From a virus (taxonomy: Duplodnaviria > Caudoviricetes), in IMG/VR virus record IMGVR_UViG_3300009156_000035, positions 1-55,020 of that record: a DNA stretch of 55,020 nucleotides; one strand, written 5' to 3'. The notes beneath the pieces were generated by a model that saw only the letters and a program-made list of their open reading frames with translations, was not told the origin of the DNA and did not search any database. Position 1 is the first letter of the stretch, and the number at the start of each line of letters is the position of its first letter. A program made the position numbers and the translations under genes. This document shows, one piece after another, positions 45,352 to 53,355 of the stretch.

Positions 45352-46212
45352 TCATCCCAAACACCAGTGGCAGCCCTCCTTGCCGTAGAACTTCATGTAC
45401 CCGGCCGTCAGCGCCTGCGCGAGCGGGTCGAGCCACGGCTGGTACTCGGCGGGGCCACCGCGATCGGGCCACCTGGGAAGGGTGAAGCCGTGAGCGCGCA
45501 TGTCCTCGACCATGTGCCGATAGTAGGGCGCGAAGGTGCTGAAGCGAAACTGCATCCAGCCGCCCACGGTGTCGGCTCCGAGGAAGTCGTCGCCGATGTG
45601 GTAGCCCCGCCAGGGTCGTCCTCCGTACCAGACCCAGTCGCCGTGCCCGCCCTCGCGATCGGAGGTGCGCAGGAGGAAGTCGCAGACGTCCTGCCTGGCG
45701 TAGACCTTGCTGCAGACGTAGCGGACGGCGGTGACCCAGTCGTTGATCAGCGGCAGCTCGTGGTCAAGCCTGTACTCGGCTGCCTCCGCCAGCCGGTGGT
45801 GCAGGTGGAGCTTCGCGCGGGCGAGTGTGCACGAGCGCTGCCAGGCCACCGACCAGCACTTTGCCTTGTTCGGGGCCAGCACCCAGCGGTGCCTCGGGTT
45901 CTTGAAGAACGCCACGACGGACAGCGACTTCCGCATCTGCGGCGCAAGCCACTTGCGATCGGCGCGTCCCAACTTCCAGACGCGTCCGAGTGTGTCGGGG
46001 AGGACCAGCGCCGCCTGCCGCTTGGAGGCGGAGCTGAGGCGGATCAGAGTCGGGGGGGCCTGCGCTTCCGGCGTGAACGACACGGGCGGGAAGTGCATCT
46101 GGCGTTCGATGACATCGTCTTCATGCTGCTGTGCTGACGTTGACGGTGAGGCCCAGGCCGCTGATGCGGATAGCGCCAACACCGGTAGAAGCAGTGCGAT
46201 GGCCCTCTTCAC
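45352..46212 (-). CDS. Secreted lysozyme-like/lytic transglycosylase protein
   Basis: Signal peptide; REGG (catalytic Glu candidate)…GWMQF..STF…DPLAQA…HW. Confidence 0.6.
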   Translation of the reverse strand: MKRAIALLLPVLALSASAAWASPSTSAQQHEDDVIERQMHFPPVSFTPEAQAPPTLIRLSSASKRQAALVLPDTLGRVWKLGRADRKWLAPQMRKSLSVVAFFKNPRHRWVLAPNKAKCWSVAWQRSCTLARAKLHLHHRLAEAAEYRLDHELPLINDWVTAVRYVCSKVYARQDVCDFLLRTSDREGGHGDWVWYGGRPWRGYHIGDDFLGADTVGGWMQFRFSTFAPYYRHMVEDMRAHGFTLPRWPDRGGPAEYQPWLDPLAQALTAGYMKFYGKEGCHWCLG

Positions 46213-46552
46213 TGGTCATCCTCCTGCTCGGGGACGGGATAGGCACGCTTCGGCGTGCTGCGCCGGGGTGGACCATCGACGCGATCTCAATCACCTCGTG
46301 GCGAGAGAGACCGGAGTCGTGGAGCCACCAGTCGGCGTACTCCTCCGTCTGGTCCGGCGTGCAGGGTTGGGCCGTCTCGACCCGGCGACAGGTCTCACAG
46401 AGCCGTCGCGTTTCGCCCTTCTGGATACGCCGTGCCTGGCGGACACTTGTCTCGTAGTACTCCTTGCATTCGCCGCAGCGGATCAGCGCCACCCGCGCGT
46501 CGCGGGGGCGCTGGTAGTCCCTGCGCTTGACCTCCCACGTTTCCGCTTCCAT
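46121..46552 (-). CDS. Zn-binding hypothetical protein
   Basis: CGEC…CETC; TGATG overlap with terL. Confidence 0.55.
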   Translation of the reverse strand: MEAETWEVKRRDYQRPRDARVALIRCGECKEYYETSVRQARRIQKGETRRLCETCRRVETAQPCTPDQTEEYADWWLHDSGLSRHEVIEIASMVHPGAARRSVPIPSPSRRMTSEEGHRTASTGVGAIRISGLGLTVNVSTAA

Positions 46553-48096
46553 CAGATCTCGCCCTCCGGGATGAAGATCCCCCCCAGGCCTACGTGAGGG
46601 TTGGCGTTGACCCAGTTGATCGCCTGGCTCCAGGCGTCGACCTGGTCGTCGTTCGCGCCCCGGTTGAACTGGGCGCACTCTTCGATGAAGTCCTGCACCC
46701 AGCCAGGGGTCTGGGCCGAGTCGCAGTCGGTCTGGTTGGCGTTCGCGACGCCCGGCAGGAAGCAGTTGTTCGACTCCAGGGTCGGCTGCGCCGTGCTCGC
46801 CCGCAGGTACTTGTCCGTGCTCACGGTGACGTCGACGACGCCAGTGATCTCGCGCTTCAGCTCGGCGATGATGTCCGCGCCGTTGCCCGACTTCTCAATC
46901 AGGTGGTTGAGCGGCAGGTAGGGCCAGATCCCTCGGATCCAGCCGTTGAACTCCTTCATCGCGCGCTTGGTCGCGCCGTAGAGCATCTGCTCGCGGTGGC
47001 TGCGGAGGAGGAAGAAGTCGGCCCCCTTGACGCCCCAGACCTGGCCGACCACGTAGTCGCTCGACGTCTTGTCCTTGAAGGCCGTGTCCCAGCTCGTCAC
47101 GATCCGGTCGAAGGCGAAGCTGCTCGGCTTCTCGTCGAAGCGCTTGCGGTCGAAGTAGCGCCAGTCCGCGCGCTTGAGCAGGTCGCCCTCACGGGCGGAC
47201 GGGCGCTGCTGCAGCTGCCCTGCCGCCTCGTGCGCGCCGAGCTTCTTGGCCCGGTTCTTGTTCTCGCGATCGCTGACGCGGGCAGGCCAAAGCAGCTCCC
47301 CCTCCTGCACGCGCTCGTCCTGCGGCCAGACGAACGGATGCGACGGCTCGTAGCGCTCCGGCAGGCAGACGATCTCCCAGTCGTCGTAGTACTGCAGCGC
47401 GTAGCCCGCCAGGTCGTTCGTGTGGAGGCGCTGCATGATGATCACCTCGGCCAGCTCGCCGGGGTCGGCTGCTCGGGTGGCCAGCGTGCCGGAGTACCAC
47501 TTGTTCGCCTTCTCCAGCTTCGAGCCGGAGGCGATCTCCATCGGCTTGAGCGGGTCGTCGATCACGATCCTGTGCGCGTGACGGCCGGTGACGCCGCCGT
47601 CGGGGGAGGTGACGTAGCGGCGACCGCCTGCGGTCGTGACGTAGTCGCCCTTCTGGTTGGCGTCCTCGCGCATGCTGACCTGCCAGCGGCGCTGGTACCA
47701 CTCGCTGAGCACGACGTCGCGCGTCTTGGCCGAGAAGTCGAGGCCGAGGCTCTCCTCGTAGGAGCCGGTGATGTAGCGCAGCCACGGTCTCCGCGTCCAC
47801 TCCCAGGCGGGCCACAGGATGCTGGCGAGGATGCTCTTCATGGAGCCGGGCGGCACCCAGATCTGCAGGTGCCTCACGTCACCGGTCGAGACCCAGGTGA
47901 GTGCCTCGCAGATCGCGGGGATGTGCCAGTTGTCCTTGAACGGCGTGTGTGGCTCTATCTCCCGCCACGCCGCCTTGACGAAGGCGTAGTAGCTGTGGCT
48001 GAGCAGCTCCGCCTCGGTGCGGAGCTGGTCCTCGGCCTCGAAGCGGAGGCGCATCTCCCCTGCGGTGAGGGGGCGCTCCTCCTCGGTGATCGTCAC
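46552..48096 (-). CDS. terL: Terminase large subunit
   Basis: PPGSMKS Walker A-like, TGRHA…IVIDDP Walker B, IMQRLH, SWDTAFK nuclease motif, DDQVDA. Confidence 0.92.
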   Translation of the reverse strand: MTITEEERPLTAGEMRLRFEAEDQLRTEAELLSHSYYAFVKAAWREIEPHTPFKDNWHIPAICEALTWVSTGDVRHLQIWVPPGSMKSILASILWPAWEWTRRPWLRYITGSYEESLGLDFSAKTRDVVLSEWYQRRWQVSMREDANQKGDYVTTAGGRRYVTSPDGGVTGRHAHRIVIDDPLKPMEIASGSKLEKANKWYSGTLATRAADPGELAEVIIMQRLHTNDLAGYALQYYDDWEIVCLPERYEPSHPFVWPQDERVQEGELLWPARVSDRENKNRAKKLGAHEAAGQLQQRPSAREGDLLKRADWRYFDRKRFDEKPSSFAFDRIVTSWDTAFKDKTSSDYVVGQVWGVKGADFFLLRSHREQMLYGATKRAMKEFNGWIRGIWPYLPLNHLIEKSGNGADIIAELKREITGVVDVTVSTDKYLRASTAQPTLESNNCFLPGVANANQTDCDSAQTPGWVQDFIEECAQFNRGANDDQVDAWSQAINWVNANPHVGLGGIFIPEGEI

Positions 48097-48311
48097 GCGC
48101 CGTCGCCGCCGTTCACGAACGCGACCCCTTCGAACACCTCGCCGAAGATCTCGTAGTCGCTGACGCCCTGCAGCTGCGAGTCGCGGACGAGGCCCAGGTC
48201 GAGGGTGCCGCCGTCGAGGTGGATCCACGAGCCGCCGACGGGAACGTCGTCGACCATCGCGAGCGGCTCTGGTAGCCCGAGCGCGCGCCGGTAGAGCGCC
48301 TCACGGTTCAC
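48093..48311 (-). CDS. Microprotein carrying an MCP C-terminal fragment and RxxxYxxALG motif
   Basis: GSWIHLDGGTLDLGLVRDSQL…DYEIFGEVFEGVAFV aligns with MCP GSFLFLDGGTLELGIVRDSTL…DYRIFGESFEQVAFV; GTGA overlaps. Confidence 0.75.
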   Translation of the reverse strand: MNREALYRRALGLPEPLAMVDDVPVGGSWIHLDGGTLDLGLVRDSQLQGVSDYEIFGEVFEGVAFVNGGDGA

Positions 48312-48544
48312 TGGTCAAGCTCCTCGGGGATCGGCAGGAGCAGCTCCGGGGGGAGGTCGAAGCCGTGGGCGATCTTCTTGATCGCGTCCATGCGGATCGT
48401 GTGGAGCTGGTAGACGGGGCTGAGTGGAGCGCAGATTCCCCCGGTCGCGAACTCGAAGCGCAGGTCATGGATCCGGTCTCGCAACCCGAGCGCCTCCCGG
48501 TACTGCCGCTGGCGGTGGTACAGCGTCAGCGAGTCGAGGCTCAC
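48308..48544 (-). CDS. Microprotein carrying MCP and portal fragments and RxxxYxxALG motif
   Basis: ATGGICAPLSPVYQL vs MCP ASGGLCAPVTPYYDL; IRMDAIKKIAHGFDLPPELLL vs portal LRTELISRIAIGLDFPKEQLL. Confidence 0.7.
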   Translation of the reverse strand: MSLDSLTLYHRQRQYREALGLRDRIHDLRFEFATGGICAPLSPVYQLHTIRMDAIKKIAHGFDLPPELLLPIPEELDQ

Positions 48545-49044
48545 TGCGTGATCTCCCTGACCACCTCGGCGTCGATCACCTTGTCGTCGGGCAAGGTGGC
48601 GAGGATGTCACGGATCGCGCGCAGCTGCTCGGTCGGCAGCGAGCGCGGGTCGAGCACCAGTCCGTGCTCGTGCCGGGTGCGCTGGTCGATCCGCCGGGTG
48701 CGTTTGTAGTCCATCTCCCCAAGCCGCGCCTCCGCCATCAGCACCAGCAGGCGGGGAGAGGCTTCGTCCCTGCGGTCGAAGGCGCGCTCCATCACCTCGT
48801 GCCGGATCCGCTCCTGCACCTGCTCCTCGAAGTCCGGCAGCAGCTGGTTGTAGAGCGCGCGGAACTCCTGATCGTGGCGCAGCAGGCTGACGAAGCGACG
48901 GCCGGTGGAGCCGACCGCGCGCGCTGCAGCGACGTGAGACATCCCCTCTTCGCGGCAGGCCAGGTAGCGAAGCTGCTGCTCCCGAGTCGGCTTACGAGAG
49001 GCTGGAACCAGTCGCGTGTACGTCTCTTGGAGAGTTTCGCCCAC
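48541..49044 (-). CDS. Probable terminase small subunit
   Basis: N-terminal HTH-like (AAARAVG), helical body, C-terminal IDAEVV; upstream of terL behind a late promoter. Confidence 0.65.
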   Translation of the reverse strand: MGETLQETYTRLVPASRKPTREQQLRYLACREEGMSHVAAARAVGSTGRRFVSLLRHDQEFRALYNQLLPDFEEQVQERIRHEVMERAFDRRDEASPRLLVLMAEARLGEMDYKRTRRIDQRTRHEHGLVLDPRSLPTEQLRAIRDILATLPDDKVIDAEVVREITQ

Positions 49045-49056
49045 GGATGGGAGTAG

Positions 49057-49079
49057 AGATTAGCGCTCTGACCGGCGGT
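49057..49079 (-). promoter_or_regulatory. Putative late promoter ACCGCCG-N10-TAATCT
   Basis: Upstream of terS. Confidence 0.6.
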
Positions 49080-49083
49080 TTAG

Positions 49084-49914
49084 CTAGAGCGGCAGGTCGT
49101 CTTCAGGGGAGGCCGGAGGGGTAGGGGCGTCAGCTGACGCGGCACCGCTCTCCCCCTCCGGGGCTGGTGGCACAGCCACTTCCTCCCCCGAAGTCTCGGG
49201 CACGGGCGCGGCGTGGCGCTCGTAGGCCTCGTTGAGCGCGGTCACGATCACGTCCTTCGCGCTGCGCACCTTGTAGGCCTGCTTCAGCAGCCGCACCTGC
49301 TCCTCGTACCGGTCGTGCTCGTCCTGCGTCAGGTCGATCGGCACCTTCTTGTAGCTCTTGGTCGCCCGCACGCGCGCGGCTGCTTCCTCGGCGGTCTCGG
49401 CGGGAGGCCCCTTCCACGGCTCGACTTGGGCCGGTGGTGCCTCGACTCCGGATTCGGCGCGGAGCTGCTCGACGGTGTCGATGTCCCAGCCGGTGCCCTG
49501 CAGGTTGTCGCCGATCAGGTCGAGTAGCGCGAGCTGCTGCTGCACGGAGGCGTCCTCGTCGCCCACGCGCGCGAGGCGGTTGTCCGCCATCAGGTAGGCG
49601 AGCGCCTCCCCTTCGTCGGAGAACTCGGCAGCGATCGCGGCGATATGCGTCCAGCCCAGCTCCTCGGCGGCGCGCGTCACGTGGTGGCCGGTGCGGATCG
49701 TGGTGCCGTCGGAGGCGTCGATCGTGATCGGCCTCGTCTGGCCAAAGCGGGTCAGGCTGGCCTTGAGACGGCCGACGTGCGCCTTGCCCTTGTCGGGGTT
49801 GCCCTCGGTCGGCTGCAGCAGGCTGATCCGGCACAGGTACGGCCGCAGCTGCTCAGCGCCGCGCCAGGTGTGCTGATCGTCGGTCTTCGACTGAATCTCA
49901 GTCTGTTCGCTCAC
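49084..49914 (-). CDS. ParB/Srx N-terminal domain protein
   Basis: GNP…SLTRFGQTRPI…TGHH…AAEELGW…ADNR. Confidence 0.8.
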   Translation of the reverse strand: MSEQTEIQSKTDDQHTWRGAEQLRPYLCRISLLQPTEGNPDKGKAHVGRLKASLTRFGQTRPITIDASDGTTIRTGHHVTRAAEELGWTHIAAIAAEFSDEGEALAYLMADNRLARVGDEDASVQQQLALLDLIGDNLQGTGWDIDTVEQLRAESGVEAPPAQVEPWKGPPAETAEEAAARVRATKSYKKVPIDLTQDEHDRYEEQVRLLKQAYKVRSAKDVIVTALNEAYERHAAPVPETSGEEVAVPPAPEGESGAASADAPTPPASPEDDLPL

Positions 49915-50315
49915 TTCGCCACCTCCAGTGGGAACTTCCGTTCGATGTAGTCCGCCGCCGCTTCCTCGCCCAGCTTACTCACCAGGTAGGCGTACTCCGC
50001 GTCGGTCAGCTTGACCCCTTTCAGCACCCCGGTGCCGTGGTACTCGTCGTGGGGCTTCTTCGAGAGAGGGAGGATGTTGTCCTCGACGTCATCGCCCCCC
50101 TGCGAGCGCAGGAGGATGTGATGCCCATCCGTAGCGCGTTTCCCTGTCGCGCGGCAGGTCTGGTCGCTCGCTAGCTTCCTGTCGCGAGCGGCCGAGTCCA
50201 GCTTCCTCCCCCTCCCTGTGCGCGCCTGGCGTTCCGGGCGCGTCTCTTTCGCTGGCTGGGGCTGGCCAGGTTCCTTGCCACCCTTCCAGTCAGGCTCGTA
50301 GCTCCGCTTGCCCAA
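49911..50315 (-). CDS. HNH endonuclease
   Basis: DGHHILLRSQGGDD..DN…H..YH; start uncertain. Confidence 0.7.
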   Translation of the reverse strand: MGKRSYEPDWKGGKEPGQPQPAKETRPERQARTGRGRKLDSAARDRKLASDQTCRATGKRATDGHHILLRSQGGDDVEDNILPLSKKPHDEYHGTGVLKGVKLTDAEYAYLVSKLGEEAAADYIERKFPLEVAK

Positions 50316-50320
50316 GGCGC

Positions 50321-50482
50321 TCAGTACATCTCCTCGCCCTGGCGGTTGTAGTTCTTCCGGTTGCCGCACCCCTGCTCCATGCACTGGAAGATGCTGACCG
50401 GCTTCTTCTCGCCTCGGTTCTTGCGGCCCGTGCGCTTCATCTCGACGCCACAGCTGGGGCACTTCGGGATCGGCTTGATCAC
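50321..50482 (-). CDS. Small Zn-ribbon protein
   Basis: CPSCG…CMEQGC. Confidence 0.6.
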   Translation of the reverse strand: MIKPIPKCPSCGVEMKRTGRKNRGEKKPVSIFQCMEQGCGNRKNYNRQGEEMY

Positions 50483-50967
50483 GTGACCATGACCGCCACC
50501 CGCACCTCCGCTCGCGGCGGGTCGCCGTAGCGCTTCCTGACGATCTGCTCGACGATCTGGGCGTCGTCGCGCCAGAGGATGCCGCTGAGCGCGTCTTCGA
50601 GCGGGCGCAGCAGCTTGGTCGTGTCGGGGCGGACTGCCGGGTAGCGGGGCGCGCGGTGCTTGACCCCGTGCACGCCGAAGTGGGCCTTCGGCCGGGGCAT
50701 GTAGAAGTCGACGACGAGCATCAGCGGCCCCTCGTACATCGGCCGGGTGCCGATCAGACTGGAGGCCACCATTTCGATCTCGTTCTTCCAGGGCTTCAGC
50801 CGCTTCTCGTTCATGTCGACGACGACGACACCGACTTTGCCGCTCTCCTTGTTCTTGCGGGTGAAGGCGCGCTTGGAGCCTCCGGGCTGCGGACGTCCGT
50901 AGACGGTGAACTCGCAGCCGAGCGCGGTGAAGCGGAAGCGCTGCTGCTCTGGCGCGAGGAGGCTCAT
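50479..50967 (-). CDS. rusA: RusA-family Holliday junction resolvase
   Basis: PQPGGSKR, RPDTTKL…DAL…DDAQI…KRYG. Confidence 0.88.
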   Translation of the reverse strand: MSLLAPEQQRFRFTALGCEFTVYGRPQPGGSKRAFTRKNKESGKVGVVVVDMNEKRLKPWKNEIEMVASSLIGTRPMYEGPLMLVVDFYMPRPKAHFGVHGVKHRAPRYPAVRPDTTKLLRPLEDALSGILWRDDAQIVEQIVRKRYGDPPRAEVRVAVMVT

Positions 50968-51164
50968 GCGACCAGGCCGAGGTCACGCACGAGGCCGTCA
51001 ACGACACGTATGGGTAGGTCGGTGAGAATCCGCCCGTCCGAGAGGTAGACGTCGAGCAGACCGGGGATGTTCGTGACCTCAATGCGTGCGTGCTGCCAGG
51101 GCTGTCCGCACGACTGGCATGGCGTCCACAGCACCTCGGCCTTACAGCGTGGGCAACGCGTCAT
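50964..51164 (-). CDS. Small Cys-rich protein
   Basis: CPRC…CQSC; RBS GGAGGAGG. Confidence 0.55.
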   Translation of the reverse strand: MTRCPRCKAEVLWTPCQSCGQPWQHARIEVTNIPGLLDVYLSDGRILTDLPIRVVDGLVRDLGLVA

Positions 51165-51403
51165 ACCTCCTCCCCTCTGAGTGCCCTCTCCGCGATCACG
51201 CGCGAGCGGACCTCGTGCACGTAGCGCGCCTGGCCCGAGACGCCGGTTGTCTTCTTCACCGGCACCCGCTCCCGTTCGTCGCGGATTCGCTCCAGCGCGC
51301 GCTCGGCCAGCGAGAGGCGGCGGACAAGCTCGTCGAGCGGCCACTCTGGCCCCTGCCACACGCCCCAGGTGCGGATCTGGTTCGCCAGCTCCTCGGGGGT
51401 CAT
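51161..51403 (-). CDS. Hypothetical protein
   Basis: ATGA overlaps. Confidence 0.55.
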   Translation of the reverse strand: MTPEELANQIRTWGVWQGPEWPLDELVRRLSLAERALERIRDERERVPVKKTTGVSGQARYVHEVRSRVIAERALRGEEV

Positions 51404-52023
51404 TCGACGATCGGGTCCTCGACCCCGAGGGCGTCGGCGAGGTTGTGGATCGCGCGGCTCTCGACGAGGTAGTACTCCGGCGTCTCGCTTACCTTGGCGC
51501 TGGCGTACACCTGCTCGGCGGCGGAGAGGACGCGCTCGACGACGTAGTTGCTCGGCAGGAAGGCGGTCGGCGGCGGCTCCGGGATCCGGCCCTTGGCGGC
51601 GTCCTCCAGCTGCTGCTTCGTCCAGCCGTTGTCGATCGCCAGCTGCAGGAACTTGTCGCACTCCTCCGGTTCGAGCATGCAGACGGCGCGGTGATGCGAC
51701 CAGTGCAGCTCCGGCACCCGACGGCGCGGCCCCGGCGGGATCTTCTCGGCCACCTGCATCAGGTACTGACGCATGCGGACGCTGAGGTTGAGCACCTCGC
51801 TGTACTGGTAGAAGTCGTCGCCGAAGATGCCGTGGCCCTGGATCAGCCAGTCGCCGACGGCCCAGCGCCAGCCCTCGCCCCAGGCGTAGAGCAGGGTGCC
51901 GATCGCCTCGTAGCGGGCGGGGGTGATGTCGGCCGGGAGGATCAGCCCGGCAGGGCTGAGGTTGCCGGTCTCCTCCAGCTGCGCGAGGAGTGCGTGCGGC
52001 CTGAGCTGCAGTTCCTGGCTCAT
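51400..52023 (-). CDS. LmbU-like DNA-binding regulator
   Basis: WAVGDWL..G, RRVPELHWSHH..V, A…WT…L pattern. Confidence 0.6.
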   Translation of the reverse strand: MSQELQLRPHALLAQLEETGNLSPAGLILPADITPARYEAIGTLLYAWGEGWRWAVGDWLIQGHGIFGDDFYQYSEVLNLSVRMRQYLMQVAEKIPPGPRRRVPELHWSHHRAVCMLEPEECDKFLQLAIDNGWTKQQLEDAAKGRIPEPPPTAFLPSNYVVERVLSAAEQVYASAKVSETPEYYLVESRAIHNLADALGVEDPIVE

Positions 52024-52199
52024 GGTTCGAGCGCCCTTCGGTAGAGGTCTCGTCTCGCACTGAGGATGTGGCGCTGGCGCTTCCACTCGCGCTGGCGCAC
52101 CTGGGTTCGCCGCTCCCAGTCGGCCTTGCGCTCCTCCCGCGTCTTCCTCGGCACGCGGCCAGCCAGCCAGTCGTCGAGGGTGGCCCGCTCGTCACCCAC
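52020..52199 (-). CDS. 59-aa basic protein with RxxxYxxALE motif (not in ORF track)
   Basis: MGDERATLDDW…ARRDLYRRALEP*; stop overlaps the next ATG. Confidence 0.55.
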   Translation of the reverse strand: MGDERATLDDWLAGRVPRKTREERKADWERRTQVRQREWKRQRHILSARRDLYRRALEP

Positions 52200-52419
52200 C
52201 GAGCGCCGCCTCGTACAGTCGCATCCGATCGTTCGCCTGCGTCCAGAGCGTGAAGCCGTTGACGACGCTGTCGCGATGAATCAGGAACCAGTGGTCGCCG
52301 ACCTTGGAGATGCGCGGCTTGCGCTCGCGGACGACCGGCGTCGGTGGATCCTCGCGCAGCTGGTGCGCGCGCATCTGCTGCAGCCGGTGCTCAGCGGCCT
52401 TCCGCTCCCAGTTCCTCAC
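52192..52419 (-). CDS. Hypothetical protein ending in RMRLYEAALGG
   Basis: RBS AGGAGGTGG; GTGA overlap. Confidence 0.6.
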   Translation of the reverse strand: MRNWERKAAEHRLQQMRAHQLREDPPTPVVRERKPRISKVGDHWFLIHRDSVVNGFTLWTQANDRMRLYEAALGG

Positions 52420-52619
52420 GCCACCTCCTTGGGGCAGGGAATGTGCACCGTATACCTCGGCACGTCGCTGGCGATCGTCTCGTGTCGGTGGTGGAGCACG
52501 CCTTCGGCGTCGAGGAAGTGATCGCCCTTCGGGTCCTGCTCGACGGCGATCGGCACGCGACGACCGTTCTCCAGTGGCACCCAGCTGATCAGGGCCTTGC
52601 AGCCGGGGCAGCGCATCAT
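52416..52619 (-). CDS. Small Zn-ribbon protein
   Basis: CPGC.A.I.W…H..C. Confidence 0.6.
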   Translation of the reverse strand: MMRCPGCKALISWVPLENGRRVPIAVEQDPKGDHFLDAEGVLHHRHETIASDVPRYTVHIPCPKEVA

Positions 52620-52621
52620 CC

Positions 52622-52828
52622 TCACGCGCCCAGCGCCTCTCGGTAGAGGACCTGCCTTCGATACTCGTCGGTCGCGATCCCCATCAGCTTCCGGGCGTGC
52701 GCGTTGGAGATAGCGCCTTGCTTCAGCAGGGCCTGCAGGTGGTCGAATGCCTGCTGTGCTTGCACCGCGTCGGCGGCGACGTGCACAACGACCGAGCCGT
52801 CCGGCTGGAAGTCGATCCCGACGCTCAC
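52622..52828 (-). CDS. Hypothetical protein ending in RQVLYREALGA
   Basis: GTGA overlap with upstream gene. Confidence 0.55.
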   Translation of the reverse strand: MSVGIDFQPDGSVVVHVAADAVQAQQAFDHLQALLKQGAISNAHARKLMGIATDEYRRQVLYREALGA

Positions 52829-53211
52829 GGCTTCGGGTTGCGCCCACGCCGCACCAGCTCGTAGGGCAGCTGGTAGTGCGCGCTCAGCACGTGGATCACC
52901 GACGACGACTGCGTCGTCTTCCACTCGCGTGCGGCGCTCCAGAACGACGCCCAAAGAGGGTGGTAGTGCGGGATGCTCAGCTGCAACTGGTCGCTCAGCG
53001 TCGGCTCCGAGCGCGAGCGGTTGCCGGTTGCCGGACACTCCGTGCCGAAGTGCTCCGCAAGGATGCAGAGCGCCACGTCGCTCACCGACAGCTCCTGCCG
53101 CTCGGCGTCCGCGATCAGCGCCGCCTTGACGCCCTTGGGGACGTTACGGATGTTGAGCAGCCGATCGCGTCCCAGGTCTGTCGTGACCGCCTGTGCCTCT
53201 TCGTCTGGCAC
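52825..53211 (-). CDS. Ribbon-helix-helix (FitA/Arc-like) DNA-binding protein
   Basis: LNIRNVP..VK.AL…A….SV; RBS GGAGGT. Confidence 0.6.
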   Translation of the reverse strand: MPDEEAQAVTTDLGRDRLLNIRNVPKGVKAALIADAERQELSVSDVALCILAEHFGTECPATGNRSRSEPTLSDQLQLSIPHYHPLWASFWSAAREWKTTQSSSVIHVLSAHYQLPYELVRRGRNPKP

Positions 53212-53355
53212 GTTCCACTACCTCCGTGATCCTTGCTGCATGGTTGTCCAGGTCTATGCCAGGAGCGCCCGTGCAGGCCGCACGGACGCGCTCGAATGTC
53301 GCCTTCCAGGAGGCGGGGAGCGCCGCAGTGCCCCCCGCCCCGGTCCCCCTCCGGA

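Larger units (their letters stand above)
7310..52109. repeat. Dispersed 14-bp palindrome CGAAC-CCAG-GTTCG (9 copies found by eye)
   Basis: Exact at 7310, 20059, 33684; one mismatch at 10717, 18219, 24876, 37308, 43046, 52096. Confidence 0.6.
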
